Below are positions 1-12,387 of a stretch of 64,000 bases of DNA, piece after piece (the first letter of the stretch is position 1; each line of letters opens with the position of its first letter). The stretch is from the NCBI GenBank assembly GCA_951406725.2, contig OX597829.1, positions 5,704,001 through 5,768,000 of the forward strand, written 5' to 3'. The notes under the pieces are model-generated. The model was not told the origin of the DNA. It worked only from the letters and a program-made list of their open reading frames with translations, and did not search any database. The position numbers were made by a program, and so were the translations under genes. This DNA is from Octopus vulgaris (taxonomy: Eukaryota).

Positions 1-412
1 ATTTTTACAGCACTTTTACTAGGCTTTGTAGATTTTAGGTTTCATTTATGGTAAACATCCATAACGTGTAAAATCAGTAGCTTTCATCTGTTACCATCAC
101 TTCACCTGCTTGATATATTTTTGTGTGTGTTTATGTGTGTGCATGTGTGCGCGCGTATATATATGTGTGTATGCGTGCGTATATATGTGTGTGTGTGTTT
201 GTGTGGATACATATACACACACATATATATGTATATATATGTACATACATAATATATATATATAAAATAAATTACATATATACATTATATATTATATAAG
301 GAATAACTTCTTTTTTAGGCATGTGCTAGACAATTTTATCTTTTTATCAAAGTTTTTCTCACATTTTCGAATGTGTACCTGGCAATTTACTTGGAACAGT
401 AAAGTTACTAAA

Positions 413-454
413 TCCATCAACGTTTCTAGGCCTTAGCCACATCATCAGGATAAA
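413..454 (-). ncRNA. Minimal type I hammerhead ribozyme motif (PLE type) in an inverted terminal region
   Basis: Minus strand reads TTTATC-CTGATGA-TGTGGC TAAG GCCTA-GAAAC-GTT-GATGGA: intact CUGAUGA/GAAA core, palindromic AACGTT stem III, stem I with G-U pairs. Lies just upstream of, and opposite to, a PLE ORF. Confidence 0.55.
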
Positions 455-599
455 GTAATTTTGGCGTGCATTAGAAGCCCTAGAATATCTCTGAGATAAA
501 AAAATCATTACGCACGCAGACGATAAAATTTAAGACTTACTCCAAGGTGAATGTAATAAAAATAGATATTTACACAACAATAAACAAATACTCAACACG

Positions 600-2230
600 A
601 AACTAATACAAGTTCTGCATGATTTAAAAAAAAAAATAATTACATCAAAATATGTAAAAGTGATAGAAATAATATATTTGTGGTCATGGATAAAGTGGAA
701 TATATTGCAAAAGTTAATTTATTCAATGACAAAAACTCATTCACAAGGTTTCAGAAAGATAATACTTCCTAATTAAATATTAAACTGAATAAACTAATTA
801 CAGCGATAAACGCACAAATTGGAGCCGCTTATTTCTCCCTGCATTGAAGAAGAATTCATCCCCATCAGATATCTATGAAACAGAAAAGAAAACAAAAAAC
901 AAACAAATAAAACAATCTCTTCCGACCCATAATAACTCGAATAAATACTTCAACACGAGATTACTAAACAGCTAGATAACATTATTAAGCAATACTCACC
1001 GGAGAAGTACAGTATGCGGTCACCCAAAGAGTTCCTAGGGATATTAGGAAAAATCCACGAAGTTAGCAACATCTCAGACTTACACGTAGAACGCTTCCTT
1101 ACGAACATTTAAGCTTCAAAAATAATAAAAATCATATTCAGTAATGTAAACGAATATCCAAGAATAAAACTAACCACAATACTAGCTAATAAATTGAAAA
1201 GAAAATAGTTATATTGTACAACAGAAATACTTATTACTTGTTCACAAGGCAAATTCTGTAAACGAAAAGACGACGTGGCCAAGGTCTTTGTTCTTAGGGA
1301 CCACATACACAATTTCACTATATCAGAAAATAATGTGACACAAAAACACAAAATTATGATATACACTAGATACGTGGACGATACATTCGTTGCAACAAAC
1401 TTAACAAAAGATGTTCACGGCTTCTTCATCTTCTGGAAGAGTAAGAATGAAATACCATTCTAAGACAAAAATATTCAGATTAAAAGATAAATATAGATAT
1501 ATCACGTTTGATTAGATCAATGGCACAAATTAATGCGTATGCCTACATGGAGATAGCAAATGACCATTCCTATGAAAAATGTCCGTGTTTCCCCCACAAA
1601 CAAAGCACTGAATAAAGAATTATACAGACTAAATAAGGCGCAAAAAAAACAAAAATCTAACGGACTAACCATAAGATATTACAGGAAGAAGTAGACTGCG
1701 AGAAATACATCAGATATCATACATATGGAATGTACAAAAGGCAGGCATAAAATGATAATATATTAATATAATGTCATGTGAGTATTGCATAGACTAATAT
1801 AAGAAAAATAACTTACAGACAAAACATAAAGTACATTAAAACAACCGATAACTTTAAAGTAATAATTCAAAACTATTATCTACAGCAAACTGCAAACAAG
1901 TTAAGTGAGTTAAAATTTACCAATAAAAAACAATTGCAAAATTGAAAGTTCTTCATGGTTCCATTGCCTATACATATACGACGACCTTACGCCCCTCATC
2001 AAAGAGCAACTGCAATGCAGCCGATACCATTTGCAGTGAACTACACCAAATAGGATTAAATAAATCGGAAAAAATTTAAGGACAATAGCTCCATGCATTA
2101 TAGAATTCATCAAATTTGTCTGTGAGAATCTTTGGTTTCTGAGTTGCATAAAGTCTCACAGTGATTCCTTAATTTTAAATCAATTAGAAAATGTTCCAGA
2201 AGGCGAGTTATTGTATGTACGCGAGCGAAT
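600..2230 (+). mobile_element. Degenerate Penelope-like retroelement (RT plus GIY-YIG relic)
   Basis: Frameshifted motifs VVMDKVEYIAKV (~680), LRPIIT (~918), YTRYVDDTFV (ORF 1275-1463) and an IGK GIY-YIG-like segment at ~2060. Many stops. Confidence 0.75.
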
Positions 2231-2244
2231 GCTATTACATATTG

Positions 2245-2448
2245 CTGGTCACATTGAAATTTTCATCGTTTTAGTCTTCGAATGACGTCACCCCGCTGGC
2301 TAGGCGAGCAGGCCAACATTTCCTCCTGATCGAACGCGGGGCTGGAGCAATGTGAAAGGAAGTTTTTTGCTCAAGAACTCAACGCGCTGTCCGGTCTGGG
2401 AATAGAACACAGTGCGACAGACTAACCACTGAGCCACGTGCTTTCACA
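2245..2448 (-). mobile_element. tRNA-derived SINE (degenerate)
   Basis: Reverse complement starts TGTGAAAGCACGTGGCTCAGTGGTTAG (A box), then GTTCTATTCCC (B-box-like) and GTTCTTGAGCAAAAAACTT. Head resembles the SINE at 52623-52955. Confidence 0.75.
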
Positions 2449-4264
2449 ATTATATGTAATCTTGATTTAAAGGGATTAAGCGATTCGTTGCCAATTTGAA
2501 TCCAAACTGGAAAAATTTCCCCTCAAGTCTGAATATTGAATATTCCGTGAAATTGGCACTGAAACATTTTAAATTATACCCCACCATCTATCATCACTAA
2601 CCTATAGCGCTAGGTCTTTCTATTTAAAAAAAAAATTTAGATTTAAATTCATGTTACGCCAATTAAAATATTACAATCGAATTTTTTAATTCATGCTATC
2701 GATCTCGTTATTTTCATTTGACTATTTGTAATTACACTCGCTAAAATTTGCTAGACCTATGTATATAGATCCACGCAGATCTCAATAAGATTATGCTTCA
2801 CTATTGAAATACAAAAAGAAAACTCGTGTGTAATTGTCTACATGCTTGTAAAAATTATCTAATTTCCCCCGCGGTCTGAAAAATAAAAATTTCTGTGATA
2901 TTATTTCTTCATTTAAACTATCTTCTGTTCTCTTTCACATTGGCTGAACATCAGGGGTAGATCTTCTTTCTCCAACTGAAGAAGGACAAGTTACAAAGTT
3001 CGGCACTAACAAATTAATGTATCTAAATACATGCTCTCAGTACACTTAATCTCACTCTTTATTATTACCTCAATTATACTGACCTTAAGTTTCCGTAACC
3101 CGTAACATCGTAATACTGTTCCATTGCTTGAAAATTCATATAAAATTACATCCTCAGCATGAAAAATCAATTTTCTGTGAAATTAATTCTTAAACATTGA
3201 TGTTATCTTTCATTTTCTATGAGATTCGCAAACAACTGCCGCTAAGTTTTTTGTTTTCTTTCTCCAATTGAAAGGCAGTTTCAAATTCATTGAAATTTGA
3301 ATATATATTATATCTTACATTAATTATGCAAATTCACTCCATTCACCTATTTGCTTTATTTCTCATAGAATACTTTTTGTTATTATGAAAATTATTCTGG
3401 TTAAAAATATTTCTGACAATTACTATTAACTATTATGTTTGCGTTTCCAGCATATGTGCAAATTTCGTTTCGTTGAGAATGCCTCGCAAGCGCCATTCTG
3501 CAGAATTCTACCGAAATCTCTTATTTAAATTCACGTTCTTGTTTGACTGGGATTTTTTTCCATTTGCTTACCTTCTCATAAACATGTCCTTCATGCTGGC
3601 TACAAATTTAGGCGACTCTTTTTTTTCATCTACATTGTCTCATCAAAGTAAGCCTGGACAGGCCATACTTTATTGATAAGTTCCAATTAGACTAGAAACT
3701 TGACTGTATTTGTTACCTTGACTGTATGTCTGTCTTCGAATACCCTTCTGCTTTTACTACTACTTCTACAATTATACAAAAATGAGCTTAGTTCATCGTT
3801 AGACTTAAGTAAATTATTCTAAGAACAAAGATATGAAATGGCTAAGAATATCAGATATTTGCCAAGTGTTTTACTGTTCATATTCTTAAATAGATTTTTT
3901 GCTTTTTGTCAAGATGAAATTTACTTTCTTCAGAGGACCAATGTCTCATCTTCCTAACACTAGTTCTCATCCCTGATTTCCAGTACACGGCAGCCAAGCC
4001 ATTCAGTACATATAGGAGATCACTTTCTGATGAGCCATGTCATCTGCAAATATCAGCTGCGCATAATAACACACTTACGAAAAAGAGAGGTGTCAATACG
4101 CATCCCTAACGAAGTCGAACATCCAGAATGAGAGGTACGAATTATCAGAGCGAACGCGTGCGCGCGCACACACACACACACATCACTGCATCAGGCACAC
4201 AATCACATGTTGTTATACACCGCTGGACACATTGCACTCTCGCATAGCAGCAATTTTCGAATTA

Positions 4265-4460
4265 TGCCACTCCACGCGTTAGGCGGACAGTCCAACATCT
4301 AAACGGAACGAGTCCTACTCAGGGTTACCCATTTATATCTGAGGGGACTGGAGGAACGTGAGATGAAGTATTTTGTTCCAGAACGCAAAGCCGGACTGAG
4401 AATCAAAACCACGGTTTTGCGATCGTGTATACAACACCTTAACTACTACTAGATCACACG
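4265..4460 (-). mobile_element. tRNA-derived SINE (old, degenerate)
   Basis: Reverse complement: GATCTAGTAGTAGTTAAGGTG...GGTTTTGATTCTCAGTCCGG...TCACGTTCCTCCAGTCCCCTCAG...AAATGGGTAACCCTG, with the head and central domain of the same SINE superfamily. Confidence 0.6.
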
Positions 4461-4501
4461 TCTTTACGTATGTGTACACACACACATACATATGCATATA
4501 C

Positions 4502-4695
<194 letters not shown>

Positions 4696-5606
4696 TTAGC
4701 TGATGCACCCGGTAATTCCCGGGAAAGTGGGGCTTATACCTTGCTTATGTTCTCAATTGTTTCACTAATCCAATAACAACAATACAAAGTATGTAGCCCT
4801 TAAAACGGTTTTTGTGCATTTACAGAGGATACCGAACTGTCTTACACAGGATCTTGCTTTTAGGAATCACAATAAGTTAGGAATACCCAAATTGTGAATT
4901 CAGTTATGTAATTACATGACATTAGTTACTCGATAGTAAGAATTCAAATAAAGTAGCCCCGAAAAGGGCTTTAATGCGTTCCCAGTGTATATAGAACTTA
5001 GGAGGAAATACTAATAAGGTATGTATACTAAAATCGTAAAGCATGTTATGTAATAACAGGCCAATCAGATATGAGATTCAAAGTAAATAACAATTCAAAG
5101 TAAATAACTCTGAAAAGGGCTTTTGTAGTTTCCCAGAGAATATTACCCTTAGCGGCGCTAGTGTTGGTATATTCGTGAATAAATCACTAACTGAAATAAC
5201 TGAAGCTATTGTTTAGGAAAATACTATTTACTTGTTTAAGGGTTGTACTGGATAAATTGCGAAAATAACTCTAGCATTTCAAATACTAAGAAATAAGCAT
5301 ACTCAATTTGATTTATAACAAAAGATTTAGGAAAATAAATGGGTTATTGCCATTGGCTGCTAAAATATGGGAGAATGGATTATTTCGCTTGGCTATTAAT
5401 ATGAAATATATTGCATATATATAAAAGGATCCCGTCCAGGAGCCATATTATCGATTTTTCCAAAAATCTGATTGTGTCATAAGGTTTCCAGACCTTAGTT
5501 CTTCTCACGTGTCAAGTTTCAACAAAATCGATAAAATGATGTAGGAGGCATTAACTAACAACTCTGCAAACACACCTATAGACAGAATTCTCACATATGT
5601 AGTAGA
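4696..5606 (-). mobile_element. Non-autonomous Helitron
   Basis: Minus strand begins A|TCTACTACATATG (5' TC) and ends with GC hairpin CCCGGGAATTACCGGGT followed by GCATCAG-CTAA|T (CTRR end). Inserted between A and T with no TSD. Confidence 0.75.
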
Positions 5607-5639
5607 TACACATATATATGAACACATATATGTACACAC

Positions 5640-5702
<63 letters not shown>

Positions 5703-5749
5703 GTGTGTGTGTGTGTATATATATATGCGTGTATATATAAATACATGTT

Positions 5750-5849
<100 letters not shown>

Positions 5850-5862
5850 AGGATGACCACTA

Positions 5863-6282
5863 AGTGGACATCCATTATGCTAGAAGTAGACACCTATGGT
5901 CTTACCACTAAGAAGTAGACCCCCTATGAAAGAATTGGTCTCAAGAAAATTTAGTAAACGCTAAAACGAAGACTTTTGAAAAGATAACCTCAAATGTAAT
6001 TGATAGAACTGTATATATGTTTAATCTCATGCGGGTGACTCGTGTATAGTTCTGCAAATTATATTTTGCTATGACGATCACACTGACGAGTTGCGGACAA
6101 TTACGTAAGTAATTACGTAAGTGGTAACAACGAAACCGGGTTTGTGATTAATCTTTATATTTTGTATCATTTCATTTGTCTTGCTCGCTTACGTTCTGGC
6201 GTTTGCTAAATTTTCTTGAGAACAATCCTTTCTTAGTGGTAAGACCATAGGAGGTCTACTTCTAGCATAAAGGATGTCCACT
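5863..6282. mobile_element. Foldback element (~100-bp imperfect inverted arms) with internal hammerhead; probable PLE pseudo-LTR derivative
   Basis: AGTGGACATCCATTATGCTAGAAGTAGACACCTATGGTCTTACCACTAAGAA...CTCAAGAAAATTTAG at the left matches the reverse complement of 6195-6282. (TA)n on the left. Confidence 0.8.
6077..6148 (+). ncRNA. Type I hammerhead ribozyme motif, intact core
   Basis: ATCACA-CTGACGA-GTTG...CAAC-GAAAC-CGG-GT-T-TGTGAT: 6-bp stem I, CUGACGA core, 4-bp closing stem II, short stem III, GUU cleavage triplet. Confidence 0.7.
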
Positions 6283-6379
6283 ATAATTTTTCTGAAACTT
6301 CAGATTTTTGAATATGCTAGACCGTTGGTTTTAAATTGATATTAATCAAATTAATATTCAATTTTCACTCTTATTATTT

Positions 6380-6415
<36 letters not shown>

Positions 6416-6463
6416 TGCGTGTGTGTGTGTGTGTGTGCATGTGTGTGTGCACGCATGTATGAT

Positions 6464-7545
6464 GGTGCAGAGATAGCCTTAGAAAAGAAAGAAAAGAAGC
6501 CAACATATGTTTATATTGGGATGATGGTCTGGGAGTGGTACACAATAAAATTGGACACGATATGGATAGGATAAGGAAAAAATTATGAAAAATATTTAAC
6601 CAATTAGTTTAAGAACCACAATTAGTACAAATCTTAAAGAAGTCAACTTCCTAGATATCAATATGAATCTTAGCACAGGCAAATTTAAATTCCACAATAA
6701 ACCAAATGAAGAAACTCAGTGCGTACACATAGGCTCCAACCACCCACCAGTAGTCATTAACTAACTAAATGGCAACATTTGTAGGCGTGTCTCCAATTTA
6801 TCCGCCGATAAAGACACTTTTGAAAAAACCACCTCCTACTATATTGCTGCATTAGAAAGTTCCAACTTCAAGAATAGCATAAACTACATTGAGCCAAATT
6901 CAGATAAACTAAAAAGAAGTAGACAAAGGAAGATGCTACAGTTTAACCCACCTCATAGCGTGAATGTAGAAACTAGCATAGCTAGGGAAACTAATAGACA
7001 ATCACTTCCTACATTTACACAAATACCACAAGATCTTCAACTGTAACACAGTTAAAGTTAGTTATAATTGCCTCCCCAATATAGGGTCAGTAATACTCAA
7101 TCACAATAAAAATAAACACACCAGAAACACCCCCGAAAGACATTGTAGTTGTAGATCTTCAAACCGCTATCCTCTAAACAATAACTGTCTCGAAAACGAA
7201 CTTATATACATGGCCAAAATCATAGATCCCAACGAGCAGTTCGTTCAAGGAAAGGTACACACAACACCTGGTGTCATGTAGAGAAAAAGACAACAACAAA
7301 AAACCCGTAACATCTCTGTCCAATATGATATGGACATTTAAAAAAAGGTAAAGTCAGTAACACTCAGATAAAATGGAACAGCATTGCTAAAACTAGAATA
7401 CAGAGGACGAGGTACCAAATGTGAGCTCTGCATCACTGAAGTAAATATTACACAGTCAATAGATAACATCCTAAGTATTAGAGATGACGTCTTCTCAATC
7501 TCCATACACAAACAATATTTCACACTTAGACACTTTTAAGGAACC
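6464..7545 (+). mobile_element. Penelope-like retroelement fragment (RT C-terminal half, thumb, linker, GIY-YIG relic)
   Basis: LYWDDGLGV (YRDDGL-type), VNFLDINMNLSTGKF, SNHPP, FNPPHSVNVET, KIFNCNTVKVSYNCLPNI and CSCRSSNRYPLNNNCLENELIY motifs across frameshifts. Confidence 0.8.
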
Positions 7546-7989
7546 ATCACCTGCGTCGCTAATCTCACCAAGATAGCCTCTTTCCTGAACGCGAAATCAG
7601 AATATACACAACACACAGGAGAAATATTCCACATGGCGAACTACCTCAGCACACAAGCATACGAAAATCACAGACATCCAGAATACAATATAAGATAATG
7701 CAAAAAAAATTTACCATCCAACATGACTGTTTTCCCAAGGGAAATAACCACTCAAAAGATGTCATCCAGGAGCAGTGCCTCTTAATTTATTCTTTTCTTT
7801 ACGAGAATCTCCTCGAATGACACTTTGTGCTTTTATCTAAAATGGAGACGAACACCATTTCTTCGCGTGATCGACTTGAAGAATTAAGATATTAAGATAT
7901 TTTTCTTAATATGAAACCAATGGTAGTCTTAATACACTAATATAGAAATTCTGTCCATCAATGCAGTGTTTTCTTTTTTTCATTCGATC

Positions 7990-8044
<55 letters not shown>

Positions 8045-10000
8045 TTATACACATGTGTGTGTATATATACACATATGTGCATGTGCACATGTGCACAGTT
8101 CTTCTTTTTTTTGTTAAAGCTGCAAACCCCGTAGGATTTGTTACATGATTCCTGAAGAAATGAGTCCGGTATCCCAGAATCTGTTGCCTCTGTAGACATT
8201 CCACTTGGTCTTCCAACATTTTCATGAAACTATTCGAAGCAACCATTTCTATTCGATCGCTTCAATTGTTATTAGAGCTAATAGCTCAAAGTGCAAAATA
8301 TTTAAATTGTATATTCTTAATTTTATTCTTGAATTCATTTCAAATACTTAAAGTTTTAAACTTTATCTTTGACCGAATTTGATATTTGATCGATACATCC
8401 TTTCTGTTTTCTTCAAACATTTTCTTGCTATTCTTACTTTTTCATTTATGAATATTTCTGAGTTTGGTTCAAATGTAGAATTTTAAAGTAAATATTTTGT
8501 CTGAACCCTACTTCGGAAGAGAATGGCTGAGTATGAACGGCATTTAAAATCCATTTCAATTATCATATCTGTTCCATGTGTTTTGTTTTGTTCTTAGAGT
8601 AGTACTCTATATTTTGCGTTTCTTTTGTTCACCAAGCTTTAGGTACTAGATTCCATACTTTCTAAAAGTATTCTCTCTGAATTAATGGCTCACTATCCTC
8701 ACGAAATATTTGTATACCCATTTGCTTAATGCTACAGAAACCAAGATTAAGATATCTGCCTTTTAGTTACCTGAAAGAAATAATCACAAATTTGTTTCTA
8801 AATAGTATGTTTGAAGAGATGTGAAACGTTGTGAAGAACAAAAATATCAAGCAATATAAGATCCAGTAATGGATCTTATTCATATTTAATTTTACAGTAC
8901 TCCTGAAAATGGCCGACTAAATGAACTAAATCAACGAAATATCAATGTCTTAAATTAGACTAAAAGGTTATTCTCGAGATATCAACTTACTCTGAAGGTA
9001 TGATCAAATTAGTGGAGGATGCTTTATCTCTAACATGTGCAAAACAGAGAATGTTTGATTTTTCCCATAATAGTTTTGTTTTCTCAACATATGATTCCAG
9101 TTCCAGTTGGGAATAGAAACAAGACCACCAGTGAATCATACACAATAGTTTACTTTACACTACACCAGTGTTTGAGAACAATTTATAGTCAAGTTTAAAA
9201 GTTGCTGTTCGTTAAAATAATATGAGTAACAATGAATTATAGAAAAGTTATATCACGAATGCAGTCATTGAAACAATATGGTCAAACAATTACTTTCTCA
9301 CGGTATTGGAAAGTCGATTGCTGGTCCACATTAAATAAAAACAAAAGAATGAAATAATTCTAAATGGAAAACACATTCCGAAAATTAAAGTTATATGGTT
9401 GACAACAGATGCAAATACCTTCAATGGCCAACGATAAAATGAGAAATTAAAAACAAAAACGAGGTTCATTACAGCACATCACATAAAATTATGGTTTGCA
9501 TGTACAATTCACTATCTACAGTTCATATGATTTCTCCAGTTTCATCATTAAAAGCCATGAAAGAAATGAGAGGAAGAAAATAGCGAAAATACAAAATAAT
9601 CAGCATTTCCACTATTAATATTCTTACTGTTGCGGCAACCATCAAACATTAGCATCACGCAAGTGCCTCCATCGCTACCTTACAAAATAACATCACTCTA
9701 ACTGCCATGAAAACAACTACAACCCTAAATTTACTGAAGAAAAAAAAAACCAAATGCAAAAAATAACAAATCATAACAGAAAAACAAAAGAAATGACAGC
9801 AATAATAACAAGAGCGTCAAAACAAAAGAAACTACGACAGTAACGACAAGGAAAACCATTGGAACCATCGACATCATGGCTGCGGAAACAAATAATTTCC
9901 AACATAATTATGTCTTAAAAACAGAGAAAAAAATCAACGATTGTAGTGGCATGAAGATCTACTATCAATGATAACTAATTTCAACACCAGACTAATCTCC

Positions 10001-10258
10001 CCATCATCATCATTATCATCATCACCGTCATCATCGTCGTCGTCATCGTCATCGTCATCATCATCAACATTATCTTCATCATCATCATCGTCGTCGTCGT
10101 CGTCGTCGTCGTCATCATCGTCGTCGTCGTCGTCATCGTCATCATCATCAATATTATGTTCATCATCATCATCATCATCATCGTCGTCGTCGTCGTCGTC
10201 GTCATCGTCGTCATCATCATCATCATCATCGTCGTCATCATCATCATCATCATCATCA

Positions 10259-10289
<31 letters not shown>

Positions 10290-10366
10290 CGTCGTCATCA
10301 TCATCATCATTATCATCATCATCGTCGTCGTCGTCGTCATCATCATCATCATCATCATTATCATCA

Positions 10367-10400
<34 letters not shown>

Positions 10401-10500
10401 CATTATCATCATCGTCGTCGTCGTCGTCATCATCATCATCATCCTCATCATCAGCTGCAGCAGCAGTAGCAGCAGTGGCAGCAGCAGCAACATCAGCATT
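10001..10500. repeat. (TCA/TCG)n compound trinucleotide repeat ending in (GCA)n
   Basis: Direct inspection. Explains the poly-S, poly-M and poly-I ORFs. Confidence 0.95.
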
Positions 10501-11360
10501 GCCACACCACTACCATTTGCTATCATCATAATTATGGGAAGCAGCAACAAGAGAAATTGCAGAGGGAAAATTGTAACTGTAGCAACATGGCCGTCAAGTC
10601 CACCATGAAATATCGTTGCTACCAGCAACAACAAGGAATGCAAAAATTTCATAATAATAAATGCATTACCAACAATAACAACACCAATCAAATTCACAAA
10701 AACAACAAGAAAACAACGATTGCAACATCACTATAACAACAAAATCAATAATGACCACAAATTCGAAGCGTAACGCAATCGCAAGAACAGTCTCCACAGA
10801 TTTTAATGGCAACAACATCAATAGCAACAATATCGGCAGCAACAACAATTTCAACAGGAACAGTACCAAAAACATCTATACCAAAAACAAGAGCAGCACT
10901 AAGGACAAGGACACGAGCAGCATAATTACTACTAAAAAAAAAAACAAAATCACTAATGACAACAGAAAAACCAATAATAAATATCAATAATAAATAACAG
11001 CAAAATAACAACGAAAAAAAATGACAAATACAACAAATATCGCAACGTTACAAATCAACATCTTCACTACATTAGATGCCATTTCTTTGTAGAAGAAGCC
11101 ATTTTTCCCCGAGCCTGCTTCCAAAAGATAGTATCACATCGAGCATTCAAGAACAGGGTTGGCTGATGCCCGGATGTGCTAAAATATTCATAGTCATGTT
11201 GAGTATCATACATAGACACGTGTTTGAATGTGCGTGTGTGCGCGCGCTTTTGTCTGTGTATGTGAGTGTGTGTATACAAGCATACACACATATTTACACA
11301 TATACAAGCACACATACATATTTACACACACACACATATACATATATATATATGTATATA

Positions 11361-11417
<57 letters not shown>

Positions 11418-11839
11418 GCTTATGACAACATAGGTATACTTTTTACATGCCTATCTTTGAACACGAAAATATTCAAAACCTATTTATCAACCTACAATCA
11501 CTTCCCATTTTTTTGGCATTCTCATATTATGCACGTGTGTGTGTGTGTGTGAACTGCCAGATTTATTAGAATGTCGATAGAATTTCTCTTGGTATACGCT
11601 TCATCTCTCTCTGAGACGAAGACCAGCTTCGCCTCTCGGTTTTTTCGGAATCGATAAAAGAAGTGCCATTCCAGACTTGTGGATCGTGATATCTGTTCAG
11701 GATGCATTCATTCTCAGTTCAAATCCCAACTATCTTATCCCATCATAGATGTTCAGTGACACATGTCATGAGTGGCGATTCGACATATGGCATCGACAAA
11801 TTGGAAAACCAATAGAAACAGTTCCCTTCGATTGATTAT

Positions 11840-12044
<205 letters not shown>

Positions 12045-12082
12045 CCTACCACACACACAAAAACTCTCTCTCTCACACACAT

Positions 12083-12250
12083 ATAGCCTTCTTTCAGCTT
12101 CCGTTTACCAAATTTGCTCACAAGGTTTTGTGTTAGATCGAGAATATAATAGAAGACAGTTGCCCGCCCAATGTGCCACACAGTAGGACTGAACCCTGAA
12201 TCCTGTGGCAGGTAAGCAAGCTTCTTACTACACACCCACGGTTCTGCCTG
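12083..12250 (-). mobile_element. tRNA-derived SINE, 5' half
   Basis: Reverse complement GTGTAGTAAGAAGCTTGCTTACC...GGGTTCAGTCCTACTGTGTGGCAC...GGAAGCTGAAAGAAG. Same family as 16945-17313. Confidence 0.8.
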
Positions 12251-12253
12251 TTA

Positions 12254-12318
<65 letters not shown>

Positions 12319-12387
12319 GAAAACGGAAGGAGGAGAATTTCGATTATCCTCACGTGGTGAGTTGCAATACAGAAAAAATATATATAA

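Noticed and set aside
4020-4060. CTGATGAG hammerhead-like 5' core
   Set aside because: No correctly placed GAAA, stem III or stem I partner.
9968-10697. Poly-Ser, poly-Met and poly-Ile ORFs, and similar homopolymer ORFs at 41256-43698, 48823-50924 and 58060-58698
   Set aside because: Trinucleotide microsatellites open in multiple frames on both strands.
10751-10990. Asn/Lys/Thr-rich 79-aa ORF
   Set aside because: Decayed (AAC/AAT)n low-complexity tract continuous with neighbouring microsatellites.
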